The notes beneath the pieces are model-generated. The model worked only from the letters and a program-made list of their open reading frames with translations. It was not told where the DNA came from and did not search any database. The position numbers and the translations under genes were made by a program. A stretch of DNA of 64,000 nucleotides. It comes from Hormiphora californensis (taxonomy: Eukaryota > Animalia > Ctenophora). Of the stretch, positions 1 to 25,185 are shown in pieces. Every line of letters starts with the position of its first letter. Position 1 is the stretch's first letter. The stretch is taken from contig CM035351.1 in NCBI GenBank assembly GCA_020137815.1, positions 9,486,001 to 9,550,000 of the forward strand, read 5' to 3'.

Positions 1-274
1 ACTTTTCAAGTCCTGGACTGGATGGAGCTTGTTTTAAATTATAGGGATTAAGAGAGCATTAAAGAGCGAGGAAGGGAGAGAAAAAGGAAGAGGTAGAGAA
101 AGAGGAGAATGAAGTTAGAGAGAGAGAAGGAAGCTAAGCACAAATGTAATGTTGCAACACCCTGGGCACGGTAATGTTCCGGATGGGTGGTAATACACCA
201 AAGTCTCTCGATTCATTCCCTCACAACTCCCTCTCTGCCTGCAGTAATGCCTCTCCCAAGAAGGAGCGATGGAT

Positions 275-948
275 TTAGTAGAAGAATACTCCAAAGGCCG
301 TTGCTAGGCAGAACATGGTTTCACCCATATAAAAGTACTGGGCGTAGTTATCCGTGTCTGAGTCCCAGAAACATCTGCATCCAACCTTTATACCCTGACC
401 CCTCTGTTCACCAATCACAACATTAACTGCCAACTGGGGATTGGGGAAGAATCATTAATGTAAAATACTCATAGTACTTGAGTTAACATGAAGTATAGTG
501 AGGAATATTGTTTTCCCATTCCAACTGGGAGAGTTGTGAGAGTGTAAGAAATACCTTGTATCGTTCCATCCCCAGTTGTTTCACCCTCTCCTTCACGGCC
601 TCTGTGATGTTTTTACACCAGGTGGGCGCTTGGTCTGGATCATACGTCTTGTTAGCCAAATGTTCGTTAATCACACTGTAACGAGGTTCGGATTTAAATC
701 AAACAAAAAGAATATTAAGAGCACTATGTGTCCATGGCCATGATAGTACCGTGTTTCCCTGCATTTAACTTCAGAGTATCATGTGATCTGATCACTTTTA
801 GTTTGACTCACTCTTGAATGACCTCCTTGACAAGGGCAGGCTTGAACTTATCCTTGAAGTTCGGTCTGATGATATAGCTGTTCTCCGAGGCCTCGGGCAC
901 TGTTGGTGTTGCGGGGACCTCTCCTTCTGCAGGCACTGCTGGGGACAT
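275..948 (-). CDS. TCTEX1D2: Tctex1 domain-containing protein 2 (dynein light chain Tctex-type), 3 exons: 948-812, 675-555, 433-275
   Basis: Spliced translation MSPAVP...ENSYIIRPNFKDKFKP...YDPDQAPTWCKNITEAVKERVKQLGMERYK|LAVNVVIGEQRGQGIKVGCRCFWDSDTDNYAQ...FCLATAFGVFFY*. Canonical Tctex-1 motifs; GT-AG junctions in compatible phase. Confidence 0.92.
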
Positions 949-1582
949 GGCTACTTGGGCTTTTAATTCGTGTAACTTAGGGGGCAGTGGGCACCAGGGT
1001 TGCAAAAGAATAGTGGACGAGTATGTGGATTGTGCATTTTCGTCAATCGACGAAGCATCGAAATGTAACGGGTTACGGGTTGTAAATGTAAACTATCAGT
1101 TGTATGCTAATTGCTAAAGGAATGTTTTAACAGTCAAACCAGGAAGTTATGAAAAGTATAATTGCAGGCAATTGTGTTAGTTGTTTAGACAAATAGACAT
1201 CCCCTCGTATTAGAGCTGTCACTGTCAGACTCAAAACTCCAATATCATGCGATTAGCAGCTTCGTGCGAATTTTTGATCTGAAATTATGTTTATGTCTGT
1301 CTCCTGATCCCTTGCTCTCAGCTGCAGTGCTGCCATCGATCTACAAACTTGTTCATTATTCTGGAATTTGGCTATCAACTTGATACTGAGTATCAAGATT
1401 TTGAATTTTATTTTCTGATTTTGAAATTCTTGTGAATTTTTCAGATTTTTGATTTCATGCGGACTGACTGCAGCGCAGTAACTATTAAAATTCGCGCGTT
1501 ACTGAATATTTGTACCACGCGCATTATTTTTGTACTCTGCACTGCATAGTCCACGACGCGACCAAAAACCACAAACTTCTTA

Positions 1583-1801
1583 GTGGAAGCTCTTACGGTA
1601 TTTCCCACGCCCCGTGGGAAAGTTTTTCGACCGTGGGAAAATGTTCGAACCGTGGGAAAAGAGAGATACATACAATAACTATAAAAAATAAATTGTTTTT
1701 TATTAGTTATTGCATGTATCTCTCTTTTCCCACGGTTTGAAAACTTTCCCACGGTCGAAAAACTTTCCCACGGGCGTGGGAAATACCGTAAGAGCTTCCA
1801 C
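1583..1801. mobile_element. MITE (non-autonomous DNA transposon), almost fully palindromic, TA target-site duplication
   Basis: TA|GTGGAAGCTCTTACGGTATTTCCCACG ... CGTGGGAAATACCGTAAGAGCTTCCAC|TA; arms of about 105 bp; internal CCGTGGGAAA repeats. Confidence 0.85.
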
Positions 1802-2004
1802 TATCTCTTTTTTTTCAAACTGAAATTTAAAATTCTGATTTTTCAGTTGCTTGGCAAACGTTGCTGGCCCCCGATAGCGCGGGATAAGGCAGCGCTTTTC
1901 AATTCAGTTGCCTACCCCACGCTGCGTTTGTCAATTTTGAAACAAAAATCAGACAGTTGCTTTTGAACACTTCATCCATCATACCTTCCCTTCTCCCAGC
2001 TACG

Positions 2005-3270
2005 ATGAACAACATTTGGCAGCGCTTGAGGCTATCCCGACTTTGCCAAAACTGTGTCTGTAAGCCCCAGCTTTTCAAACGAACATTCGTAGACATTCCT
2101 GATCAAAAAGTTGTCAGAGTGGGTATTTTTGGAAGCCCAAACTGTGGCAAATCAACCCTTCTAAATTCACTGATGCAACAGTACATTTCGCCGATAAGTC
2201 AGTACAGGCAAACCACGGTTGAAAATGTCCGAGGAGTCATAACTGAGGATAACATTCAGATGATCCTGATCGATACTCCTGGGATGATGCCATGCACAGT
2301 TTCAACACAAAACCGACAGTAGAAGTGAACAGAGAGAAATGTACCTGGGGATACTTGAGAATCTCTCGTCAACTTCCCTGGAAATTGACTGTGCAGTATT
2401 CATGTTTGATCTGTCTCTCGCAGCGGATAGACTTCACATTACTAGAGATGCTGAAGCGCTGATAGAAAGTATGAGAGACATCCCTAAATATCTTGTTCTC
2501 AATAAAATTGATAAAAAGAAATCCCGGGGGTCTGCGAAGCTGGAGTTTGTCCTGGATCAACTGACTGGAAAGCGACCGGATATAGGAGTTCCCTCAATGC
2601 CCTGTCGGACTGATATCACAGATCCCCCACCTGTCCTGTACAGTGAGGATGCATGTGACGGTGCTGTATTTGATGATGTTTTCAAGATCAGTGCCATACA
2701 GGGTGTCAATATTAACCTGGTCTGGGCGGCTGTGAGACAGTGTGCGGTAACCCGGCCCTGGATCTACCCTCCCGATACAGTATCTCCTGATGATGTAGAG
2801 AGTGTGGTAACTGCGCTGGTGAGGGCTGAAGTAATGACAAAACAGGGCCATATGGTCAACACCCAGAAACAGGGGTTTTTCGGGGCAGTCATGGATGGTG
2901 GGGTGCTTGTCATTGATCACATCCTGTACCAGGATCGGAATGTCTTCACAAGTGTAGCAGATAGAGAGGACTCTATAAAGAGAATGGAGATGGTCCTTAG
3001 CTCCAGGTAATACATATATGTCAAAAGTCAAAATATTAGTTGAAATTAAAATATATTATATGGGCAGCTTTTGTCCCTACCTTACTCCTGAAGTCTGAAC
3101 GCAGCACAAACAAACCTGGAAGCAACTCTTGAATATTGATTATTGTGTTTTTCAGGTATGGTGTTCCCGTCAGGCTGAATTTGAAGGTTCGAGGGAAATC
3201 AAAGGAAGATAAAAAGGGATTCGACAGATTGAAAGATGAAACCCCACCCGAAATTCATATCGAGCATTAG
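2005..3270 (+). CDS. ERAL1: Era-like GTPase, mitochondrial; exons 2005-3006 (one apparent 1-nt indel near 2310) and 3156-3270
   Basis: G1 GSPNCGKS, G2 QTT, G3 DTPG, G4 NKID, G5 ISA; Arg/Leu-rich N-terminal targeting-like peptide; C-terminal YGVPVRLNLKV typical of the Era KH-domain end. The two track ORFs join if one base is removed in 'acacaaaaccg'. Confidence 0.85.
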
Positions 3271-3437
3271 AACTCTAAATTATTAACTTTTTACTGATTT
3301 TTATAGTTTTTTAATTGTCTGTTTGAACAATGAACGTATTTATTTTATCACCATACTCCACTAAATTCTAATATCTCCTCTCTTTGCAATAGAAAATGAG
3401 AGGTTTATGCAGATAGCGTCATTTATACCACTGCACC

Positions 3438-15627
<12,190 letters not shown>

Positions 15628-15859
15628 CGGATATAATTATATCATTATTAATCTGGTGAGACACCCCCTCTCTCATTATGTGCATGTGTTGCCAAGCTGA
15701 TATGCCACCCCCTCACTCCGTGTGTGCGTGTATATCTGTGCGTGTATATATCTGTGTAAACTCATTTAGCATACCCTCATATATTTCTGTTGAAGCCCGC
15801 ATCCATGATAGCAATTATCCTGACTGATCCCTCCTGACACTGGGACATTTGGACACCTT

Positions 15860-16725
15860 GGACAACACCGCTAGACAGACTGGACAACACCGCTAGACAG
15901 ACTGAGCAACACCGCTAGACAGACTGAACAACACCGCTAGACAGACTGAACAACACCGCTAGACAGACTGAACAACACCGCTAGACAGACTGAACAACAC
16001 CGCTAGACAGACTGAACAACACCGCTAGACAGACTGATCAACACCGCTAGACAGACTGATCAACACCGCTAGACAGACTGAACAACACCGCTAGACAGAC
16101 TGAACAACACCGCTAGACAGACTGAACAACACCTCCGCTAGACAGACTGATTAACACCGCTAGACAGACTGATCAACACCGCTAGACAGACTGAACAACA
16201 CCGCTAGACACTAGACAGACTGAACAACACCGCTAGACAGACTGAACAACACCGCTAGACAGACTGAACAACACCGCTAGACAGACTGAACAACACCTCC
16301 GCTAGACAGACTGATTAACACCGCTAGACAGACTGATCAACACCGCTAGACAGACTGAACAACACTGCTAGACAGACTGAACAACACTGCTAGACAGACT
16401 GAACAACACCGCTAGACAGACTGAACAACACCGCTAGACAGACTGAACAACACCTCCGCTAGACAGACTGATTAACACCGCTAGACAGACTGAACAACAC
16501 CGCTAGACAGACTGAACAACACCTCTAGACAGACTGAACAACACCGCTAGACAGACTGAACAACACCGCTAGACAGACTGAACAACACCGCTAGACAGAC
16601 TGAACAACACCGCTAGACAGACTGGACAACACCGCTAGACAGACTGAACAACACCGCTAGACAGACTGAACAACACCGCTAGACAGACTGAACAACACCG
16701 CTAGACAGACTGAACAACACCTCTT
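15860..16725. repeat. 22-bp minisatellite GAACAACACCGCTAGACAGACT, roughly 39 copies
   Basis: Direct tandem copies, with variants GATCAACACC and GATTAACACC and CACCTCC insertions. Confidence 0.96.
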
Positions 16726-17396
16726 TAAGAATGACTGAACAACTGACAACTCTCTCTCCTGTAAAGCATTATAGCTCTCCCACTGCAGTGCAGCAGCAGT
16801 AGCAGCAATCCCCTCTTCCTGTTTCAGGGTCAATAAAGTCACGATTTAGGGGCTTAACAACCTATGTATCATCATTCTGGCCAGCGAGGGGATGATGATC
16901 ATCTCCACTTTGTGTGAAACACCCCCCGGGATTGAAATACATGTGTACCACGTGTGCGAGCCTCAACTACCAGAAACACTCTATTAGTAGTCACACATGT
17001 GTTAGACATATGTGTTAGAAATGTGTTAGACATGTGTTAGACCTGTGTTAGACATGGGAGTCGGGTACTCTGAATTGTTATAGAGTGTGTCAGCGTGTGT
17101 GTGTTGAGTGTGTAGCACAAAACAATAACGATGAAATATGTGATCCTATCCCTGATTTTTGAGCAGCTCTTTCTGTGTTAGAGATTCCAGTAATCCAAGA
17201 TGTACAATGAGTACACTGAGTACACAGTGTGTACATGTACACAGTGTATACATGTACAATGTTAACACAGTGTACACTAGTACAATACTCGATTTGTGTA
17301 TAGTAGTAGTAGCATTAGAGTGGTGCAGGGTTTAAAGTAGATGGTGCGTAGAGTGAGTTTAGCTGACAATTGAAAGAGAGATTTGAGTGAGAGAGA

Positions 17397-17454
<58 letters not shown>

Positions 17455-18178
17455 AGAAGGAGCGAATGAAAATAGACGAGCAGATAAGAGCGAGCATATC
17501 GCTCTCATCTAGCTATCCTCTGTCTCCTATTGATCTCTGCAGACATCTCTCTCTAGTCTGCGTTCTCGCTCTATCAGCTATAATGCTGAATTACATGCGT
17601 TTGTGTTAATTAGCGCCCTATTAATCTCGAGATTTCTATTGATTACTTTTGATTAATTTCCCTCTTGTTATACGATTGTTTACTTTTTACTCGCCCCGTG
17701 AGACATGCTAGGGGTTTAACACTAAGAACTGTTCAAAACTCGACAAATCATGAAAATTTTCAGTATCTTAACGATCCTAATAATTGTGAAAGTTTAGACG
17801 CTGCGCAAGTTAACTAATTAGTAGAATCTTGTTTTGTTCTACCCCTGCGCGAAAGTCAGTTTAGCTTGGCAAGTAGAATCAACATTGCTCCTTTATCAGT
17901 TTTTGAACAGTTTGCACAGTGTAAAACCCCTCGATTTGGTGCCCGACATTAGTGAGTTGCTTTACAAGTGTGTGGCTGTGAGATCTGTCTGTGTGTGTGT
18001 GAATTTTACCAACAGCAAGAGTGAAGCCGGGTGTGATTCAACAGTGTGTGATTGTGAGTGAATAACAGGTGTGGGTGTGTGTGATCAGCTTGGCAACACA
18101 TATAATGGACAGGGAGAGAACTGGAAGGGGACTATCATGAAGTTATTACCCATATAACCCACATTCTCCCCCTTTTAG

Positions 18179-19736
18179 GACTACCTACACCGCCGAAGAG
18201 AAGTCCCAAGGCCAAGAACCGTGGAGTTGTCCCCCATGATAAACGTATCGAGGAGATACAGGTCGGTACACGTCCCCCCCCCCCCACCTTTTTGTCCCTG
18301 TTACTCACTTCAATAGACAAACTGGAACATCTATAAGTTATAGATATTCCAGTTTGTCTATTGATTCCTTGAATATCTGTTTGTTGTCATGTTCTCCATG
18401 ATTGTAAGCACTATATATGATTCAGCTACCTCTCTCCCTTTGTGTTACCCTCCGTTATCACCGCCTTGCCCTCTACCTCCCCCTCTTATCCCCGCCCTCT
18501 CAGTTGCAAGTGGACATAGTGCGAGTTCTACGATTCATCATTCCGGTTATAGTTGTTAGGAAATAGAGGGAGAGAGAAAAACAGAGGGAGAGAACGATGA
18601 TTCAAACTTTAATAGAGATTTAGCATAGAACATCAATAATTGTGAACGATGCGTACTGGTAAAGCAACGCTAGAAAGATAGATTGCAAGATAAACCCATT
18701 AAAGACAATGGGTTTCTAGTTTGAACAATGTCATCGTGAAGTGAGATACAAAACAATAAATAGAGATTGGAGAGGAAGCCTGGACAACTATAAAACCTGA
18801 CAGGCATGTGTGTGTCTAGAGACTCTTGACTCCTTGATCGCTAGAGTATAGTTAATGGTACTGTTTCCTGGCCACAATATCAAGACATATGATGTGCGTG
18901 AATGTGTCTGTGTGAGTGTGAGTGAGTGAGTGAAATTAAAAACATAATGTTAAGATAATAAAGTGTGTGCAGTGTGATATTTACATTATTTAATTTGGAA
19001 AAAGGAAAAAAAAGAAAAAGCAAGAATTTTAGGCGCGCGAAAGAGAGGGAAAAAAAAAATACCTGGATGAGAGCAATTGAGGTGGTGGGACCCCACGTGG
19101 GTACAAAGCCCATACATTCCCTCGTTTCTTTACAAATTGTCCACTTGGCCCAACTTGCCTCGCTACCTCGGGCCCATGGCGGAATTACCCTGCACTTGTG
19201 CAAATTGGTGATCTTCCTTTTCTGCTGCGAACTGGGTTAGGGTGGAAAAAAGGTGGAGTGGTGAGGGGGTTAGTTGAGTTAGCGGTGTATGGGGGGGTTG
19301 AATAATGGAAAAGTGAGAAGTTAATGACAAATAAATCCACGAGCATAAATTTTAGGGGGTGACTGTAGATTTTTTTTTTTGAGCAAAAAAAATCCTATGT
19401 TTTTTGGTTGGAAAAAGTTTTATGTAGCTCTAACCCAAATAATTTTTTAAAATAAATAATTTTTTGATAGGAAATTTGGGGTTTTCGGGCCTAAAAATTT
19501 TATCACCCTTTTTCCCCTTTTTTTTTGGGGGGGGGTTTTTTGGGGGGGTTTTTTTTTTTCTTTTTTTCCCCCTATTCTTTTTCTCTCCCTTTTCGCCCTT
19601 TTTTATATTTTTTTCCCGGGTTTTCTATCATTTAAAAGCCTATTAAGATTTTTCTTTTTATTCTATCTTACATGTTCTCTTTTTATTCCCTTCTTTTAAC
19701 TACTCTCTTTCCTCTTTTTTTTTTTTTTTTTCTCTT

Positions 19737-19767
<31 letters not shown>

Positions 19768-22106
19768 CTCTCCTCTTTCCCCTGAATAGTGAATATGTGA
19801 GGGTTTGCTCGTCTGACAAGGGGGTTTGGGTTGACAAAATTTCACCATTGTGTTTGTGTGTGAAGTTCGTACATTTGGTTTCTGGGGTGTAGATCTGTTT
19901 TTGGATCGTGTATAGAGTTTGTTTGTTATGATTGCTGTGTATTCAAAATAGGTGTGCAAGTGTCAATTACATAGCGCCTGAGGTTTTTGTGTGACAACTA
20001 TTCTGGTGCACAATATATCTCCAGTTGAAGTGCTAACCGTTTTTATGTTATTGGCCTAATAGTGTAAACTAGGGCATTCTAGCTAAGGGGGGGAATTAAA
20101 ACAAGGCCTAACACTGCAATCTTAAATTGTTGTGAGCCGACCCCATTTTTTTTCCCCCTTTTTTTCCTTTTTTTTCCCCCCCTCTTTCTCGCTCTCCTCT
20201 TCCCTCTTTTTCCCCTTCTCTCTCTCCTTTCTTCTCCCCTCCTTCTTCTCTCTTTTCCCCCTTCTCCCTTTTTCTTCTCTCTGTTTCACCGCGCCCTTTT
20301 CTCTCTTTTTGAACATCTCGAATTGTTGTACACTCTCTGACCGTATGTACTGTGTGAGTTGAAATAGCTGTGCGGAAGAGAGGAGAGAGTGAAGGAAGAG
20401 TAGTGAGTTAGAAAATGAAAAATAGAGAAAGAGATCGCCTGTCGTACTAAATTCAGCTCAATTTTGTTTTGGCAAATCTCCCCGAACACTCCTCCGCAGC
20501 ATGTATTGTTTCTGAATGTTATTTGTTATCCATTCCTTCCAATTTTATAACTCTAACCGACCCTTCTCCCCCTGTTTAGGAAAGGTTATCGGGTAGCCCT
20601 GCCTTGGTTGGGTATCTGCTGGAGTTTGCTGCAGTCCACTGGCCCACCCTAACCCTGTGTTACCACCTCTCTACCACCTACCACCACGAACACCTGAGGG
20701 CATGTGACCTCCGTGTCACCCAGATCACCAGACAACCAGGTATTAATATAATAGTTCCTCCTCCTTCTCCCCCTTCTCTCACCACATCACCATGCCGCTT
20801 CAAGAGGCCACTACGGTCCCATCTACCACGGTCCGCATCTCCGGGTCTAGGGGTAGCTCCACCACGTCTGGGCCGCCGGGGGAGGATCAGACGGAGAGCG
20901 TGCTCCGTGCTCAGGTGGAGGAGCTCCGTTACAGGCTCGTGAGATCAGATCGGGACAGGAAGGAACTCTCTGATCAGCTCCATATCTTACTGTCCCGAAA
21001 CGATCAACTAACGGACAGGGTCGCACAGTTAGAGGTCGATCTAAGGGATGAACGGGAGGGAATCCTAGAGAGGGAGAATGTTGTGTCGAGGATATTGGAT
21101 CAGTGCCAAGGTGCGCCTGATGGCCTCATTGAGCAGCTCATGGAAGAGGTGCGGGATGAGAGGTGTCGGGTCAGATCACGGTTAGACAGATGTGATGAGG
21201 ATATCAGAGCCAGGGACAGGCTGATAGATGAGTATGAGAACACTATTGATACCCTCCACGAGCAGTATCAGAGCACTGATATCGCGAGTTATGAACTGTC
21301 CAGCAAGTGTGGGGATCTAGAGGAGCAGGTTCAGGCGGATGGGCAGATTATAGCTGAGCTACAGACCCACATCTCAGAGTTGAAACTCATGGCAGCACGG
21401 AGACATGAGTTAGAGGAGTTGTATAATGATCTAGTTGGGAAGTATAGTCATCAGATGAGCGTTAACGATGAACTCCAGGACAAGCTAACAGCCACGGAAT
21501 TTGATCTCTTTGCAACAGTTGAGAAGTTAGATCAGATCACAGAGGATCAGCTGGATCAGGTTGAGAGAGTGTCTGTAGGGATTGTGACTGATGAGAGGGA
21601 GAATGATAATGATGGCAGAGAGAGGAGGTTAGAGATGGAGATTAGAGCATTGAGGGAGAGGTATGACAATGCCCAGTATAGAGTATCAGAACTATCAATG
21701 GAAAACAGCACTCTGGAGAGGAGAGTTGAGGAGCTAGAGGACCAGACAAGGAGTTACAAACGGGCCCTGCTCTCTTCAAAAAGGGGCGCCTCAACCCCAC
21801 CCAGATCGCTCACCTCACCCCGTCCCTCGCCCACCCTTGGCCGGGATATCACCCAGAAATTAGAGGAGTTCCAGTTGGAAAAACAGCGCAGGGAGGCAGA
21901 GTTAGGGGACAAGATTGCCGAGTTAGTCGCCCAGAACTCTGATCTGAGTGATCGTATAGACCGGTACGAGGAGGAGGTGTTTGAGTTGTCAGAACAAGTT
22001 GCACAGTTGGAGACGGAGGATGAGGGTGGGATGGGGATGAGAACCATATCCCGGAGACTCAGTACCTTCATGGAGAGTACAGCGGCAAACAAGACGCGGA
22101 TACATG
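18179..22106 (+). CDS. 5' part of a long coiled-coil protein gene (small exon 18179-18261; large open frame 20792-22106)
   Basis: 458-codon ORF with continuous heptads (LRAQVEELRYRLVRSDRDRKELSDQL...); GT donor after CAT G at 22106; upstream exon ttttag|GLPTPPKRSPK...EEIQ|gt. Start and connectivity uncertain. Confidence 0.65.
18310..18364. repeat. 55-bp near-perfect palindrome (27-bp arms, 1 mismatch)
   Basis: TCAATAGACAAACTGGAACATCTATAA-G-TTATAGATATTCCAGTTTGTCTATTGA. Confidence 0.9.
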
Positions 22107-22463
22107 GTAAGAGCAACTCCGCTGTTCGTGAGCATGAAGGAAATTGTGAGCATGGTGTGAACGAATGATGTGAGCTAGTGTGATGTGTGAGCTAGTGTGT
22201 GACTGATTTACCCCCTGATGTCTCATGAAACAATATTTGATCAATTTGAGTTCTCCTGGGGTTGTGTCATGGAAACATGTGAAGCAGTGTGTGACAGGAT
22301 GGTTCCACCAGATTTCAGGATCAGGCAGCCATCTTCTGCTACAAATCAACGGATCATCGCAACAATATCTGGAACAGTTGTCAGTTAACAAGACCCTCCA
22401 TTTCACATTCACCGATAAAATCACAATCTTTTTTCCACTACTTGTGAAGGTTTTGGTTGAGTA

Positions 22464-22499
22464 CAGTCGGACCCGGAATTAATTCCCGGGGTCCGGTTG
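22464..22499. mobile_element. Collapsed Tc1/mariner-type MITE remnant (TA TSD, CAGT terminus)
   Basis: TA|CAGTCGGACCC...GGGTCCGGTTG|TA. Confidence 0.45.
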
Positions 22500-23486
22500 T
22501 ATTGAGAAGCCAGGATGCCAATTTTGAGTGACCGGAAACGGTGTGGGGCATAATACCAACCCAAATTGTGTCACACGTGTGTTATTTTAGACGCATGGTG
22601 CGTGGAAGAAGAAGAGAGAGAGAGAGTCAGGGAGATAGTGAGAGATAGTGAGAGAGAGGGATAGTCATTTTATGCGGAAGCACCCCACAACAACGCACAT
22701 GTGTTCCTCTCTTCTGCTAATTTTCCCTCTCCGGTCTCACCTGGTTCTCTCTTTCACTCTCTCTCTGCTTCTCTCTCTCTCTCTCTCTCTTTCCTCCGCT
22801 TCTCTATCTCCCTTCCTCTCTCTCTTCTCCACTCCTTTGCCTTCCCCTTCCCCTTTCTCTCTCTTTCTCCCCTCACTCACTCACTCACTATGTTCCAAAT
22901 TACCATATACCGGTACAGTGTGAGCAGTAGGAGAAAGGAACATCATATGTTCCTGCGGTTTATGTGTGAGACAGAGAGAGAGCGAGAGAGAAAGTGGGAG
23001 ACAGGGAGAGAGAGAATGACAGAGAGAGAAAGTGAGAGATTGTGTGTACCTATCCGTGCTCATAACCTAGCTTCCCCAGACCAGATTACTAAGAGTGTTG
23101 TGTGTGTGGGCGAACATGTGTTATGTGAGACTATAGTGTGACTATTTTCAATCTTCTCCCCAATATATTCATTTGTTAATAACTTCGTTATCATGTTGGG
23201 TGAGGCCATGACTCTGGTGACAGAGGGGGAGGTATCAAGTGACAGGGGGGCCATGATGGACTGCGTGCTAGATAACACGCTGCTTTTTTGCTATCTTTTC
23301 CTACTCCTTCTCTTTTTTCCTATCATGTCCTCCTCCCCTTATTTGCTATCGGTATTCCTTTAGCTTTCTCCGTGGAACTTTACTGTGACACTATTTCCCT
23401 TTCACCATGAAGCATGCAGTACTGTATGTATATCTGCTGCAGTCTGCTGTGTCTCTCTCAGTGTCTCTCTCTCTCTCTCTCTCTCA

Positions 23487-23544
<58 letters not shown>

Positions 23545-23811
23545 GTCTCTCTTATTCAGCTTCACATTCCGTTTCGTGTATTATTTGGTTCGGAATTCCT
23601 GTGCACTACGTCGTTGCCACGTGGTAGAGAGGCCACCGAGTGTTTCACATTGTGGAGAGAGTACGTGCAGCGTGTGGGATGGAGGGAGAGAGAGAGAGAG
23701 AGTGTGTGTGTGTGTGTGAGAGAACGGGGAGAGAGACAGTGAACTGGGCATGTGGACAGTGAAAGATTTTAGAATTGCAGTACATGGAGGTGACAGTTTA
23801 TTACATTTTAA

Positions 23812-25185
23812 GGGTACGCTAACCAAAAATTTTTTTCGAGTGCAGGGAAATCTCTCACCGTAGGGTTGTAGGCCATGCCAAGGAGACCTCAAATATGCAA
23901 TTTGAGCTCTCAAGTCGAATTCATATTTTTGCTACAGCTGCTTGAAAAATGAACTGAAAATAAGTTTTTGGCATCTTAAAAATACATTTGTAAAGATAGG
24001 ATCATAAAAATTTGTGGATTTGAAGAGGACAAAGAGGTGAGTAGCCACAAAATTTTTTTTTGAAATCCGAGGTGATTTCCGGTCCTGAGATGGATTTCTT
24101 TTTTTCCACTTTAACGCCCTATTTGGCAAAGTTCCGAAACATGTGAAAGCTGTAAATTGGTGAAAAGTTGCGTCTAACGATTATCTAAGTGGCCATAAAT
24201 TTTGGGCGTGTCCTTATTTGAGATAAGCTGTACAGAGTTTTTTTTTGTGAAAGCCGTCATTTCAGAAATAAATAAATTCCCTGTATCTCAAAACGACTGA
24301 TCGTAGAGACCTGAGACTATGCTTAAACGATTCAGAAGGTCCGATTTTGGGGGGGTCTTCTGAGAGACATTTTGCTCCTACTTCAACCGTTTTTGCTGTA
24401 ATTGCGAAAAACAAATTCTATGAAAAGGGCAAAAGCTAAACTCCAATATCCTGTAATTAGGGAATTTTAGCTAAGAAAGGACCGAAACTATGGAAAAGTG
24501 TGTAACAAGCTAATTCCTTCACTATTTGGTCCATATGGGTCCCTATAATCACCAAAAACAAAATCACAAAAAATCCACGATGGCGAAGATGGGTTTTTGT
24601 TTTTCGCAATTACAGCAAAAACGGTTGAAGTAGGAGCAAAATGTCTCTCAGAAGACCCCCCAAATCGGACCTTCTGAATCGTTTAAGCATAGTCTCAGGT
24701 CTCTCTACGATCAGTCGTTTTTGAGATACAGGGAATTTATTTATTTCTGAAATGACGGCTTTCACAAAAAAACTCTGTACAGCTTATCTCAAATAAGGAC
24801 ACGCCCAAAATTTATGGCCACTTAGATAATCGTTAGACGCAACTTTTCACCAATTTACAGCTTTCACATGTTTTCGGAACTTTGCCAAATAGGGCGTTAA
24901 AGTGGAAAAAAAGAAATCCATCTCAGGACCGGAAATCAGCTCGGATTGCGAAAAAATTTTTTTGGTTTTCCTTTGTCCTCTTTTAAATCCCCAAATTTTT
25001 GCTCCTATTTTGAAAAAAATTTTTTGAGAGCCCAAAAAAATATTTAAGAATTTTTTAAAGCGTAGCAAAATTGAATTCGACTTAAGGGTAAAAATTTCAT
25101 ATTTGAGGTTCCTTGGTATGGCCTCCAAAACCCCACGGTGAGAGATTTCCCTGCACTCGAAAAAAAAATTTTGGTTAGCGTACCC
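23812..25185. mobile_element. 1374-bp non-autonomous foldback DNA transposon with TTAA TSD and GG..CC ends (Kolobok-like)
   Basis: TTAA|GGGTACGCTAACCAAAA...TTTTGGTTAGCGTACCC|TTAA; inverted arms of about 600 bp around a spacer of about 180 bp; no transposase ORF. TTAA plus purine-purine starts fits Kolobok rather than piggyBac (CC..GG). Confidence 0.85.

Noticed and set aside
2290-2340. Programmed frameshifting or pseudogenisation in ERAL1 (also BYSL and SEPSECS)
   Set aside because: These are conserved essential genes with scattered single-base indels in an evidently unpolished assembly.
15860-16725. CRISPR-like array
   Set aside because: Head-to-tail repeats with no unique spacers, no cas genes, eukaryotic context.
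23812-25185. piggyBac assignment or transposase ORFs in the TTAA element
   Set aside because: Termini are GGG..CCC rather than CCC..GGG, and the short ORFs have no transposase motifs.
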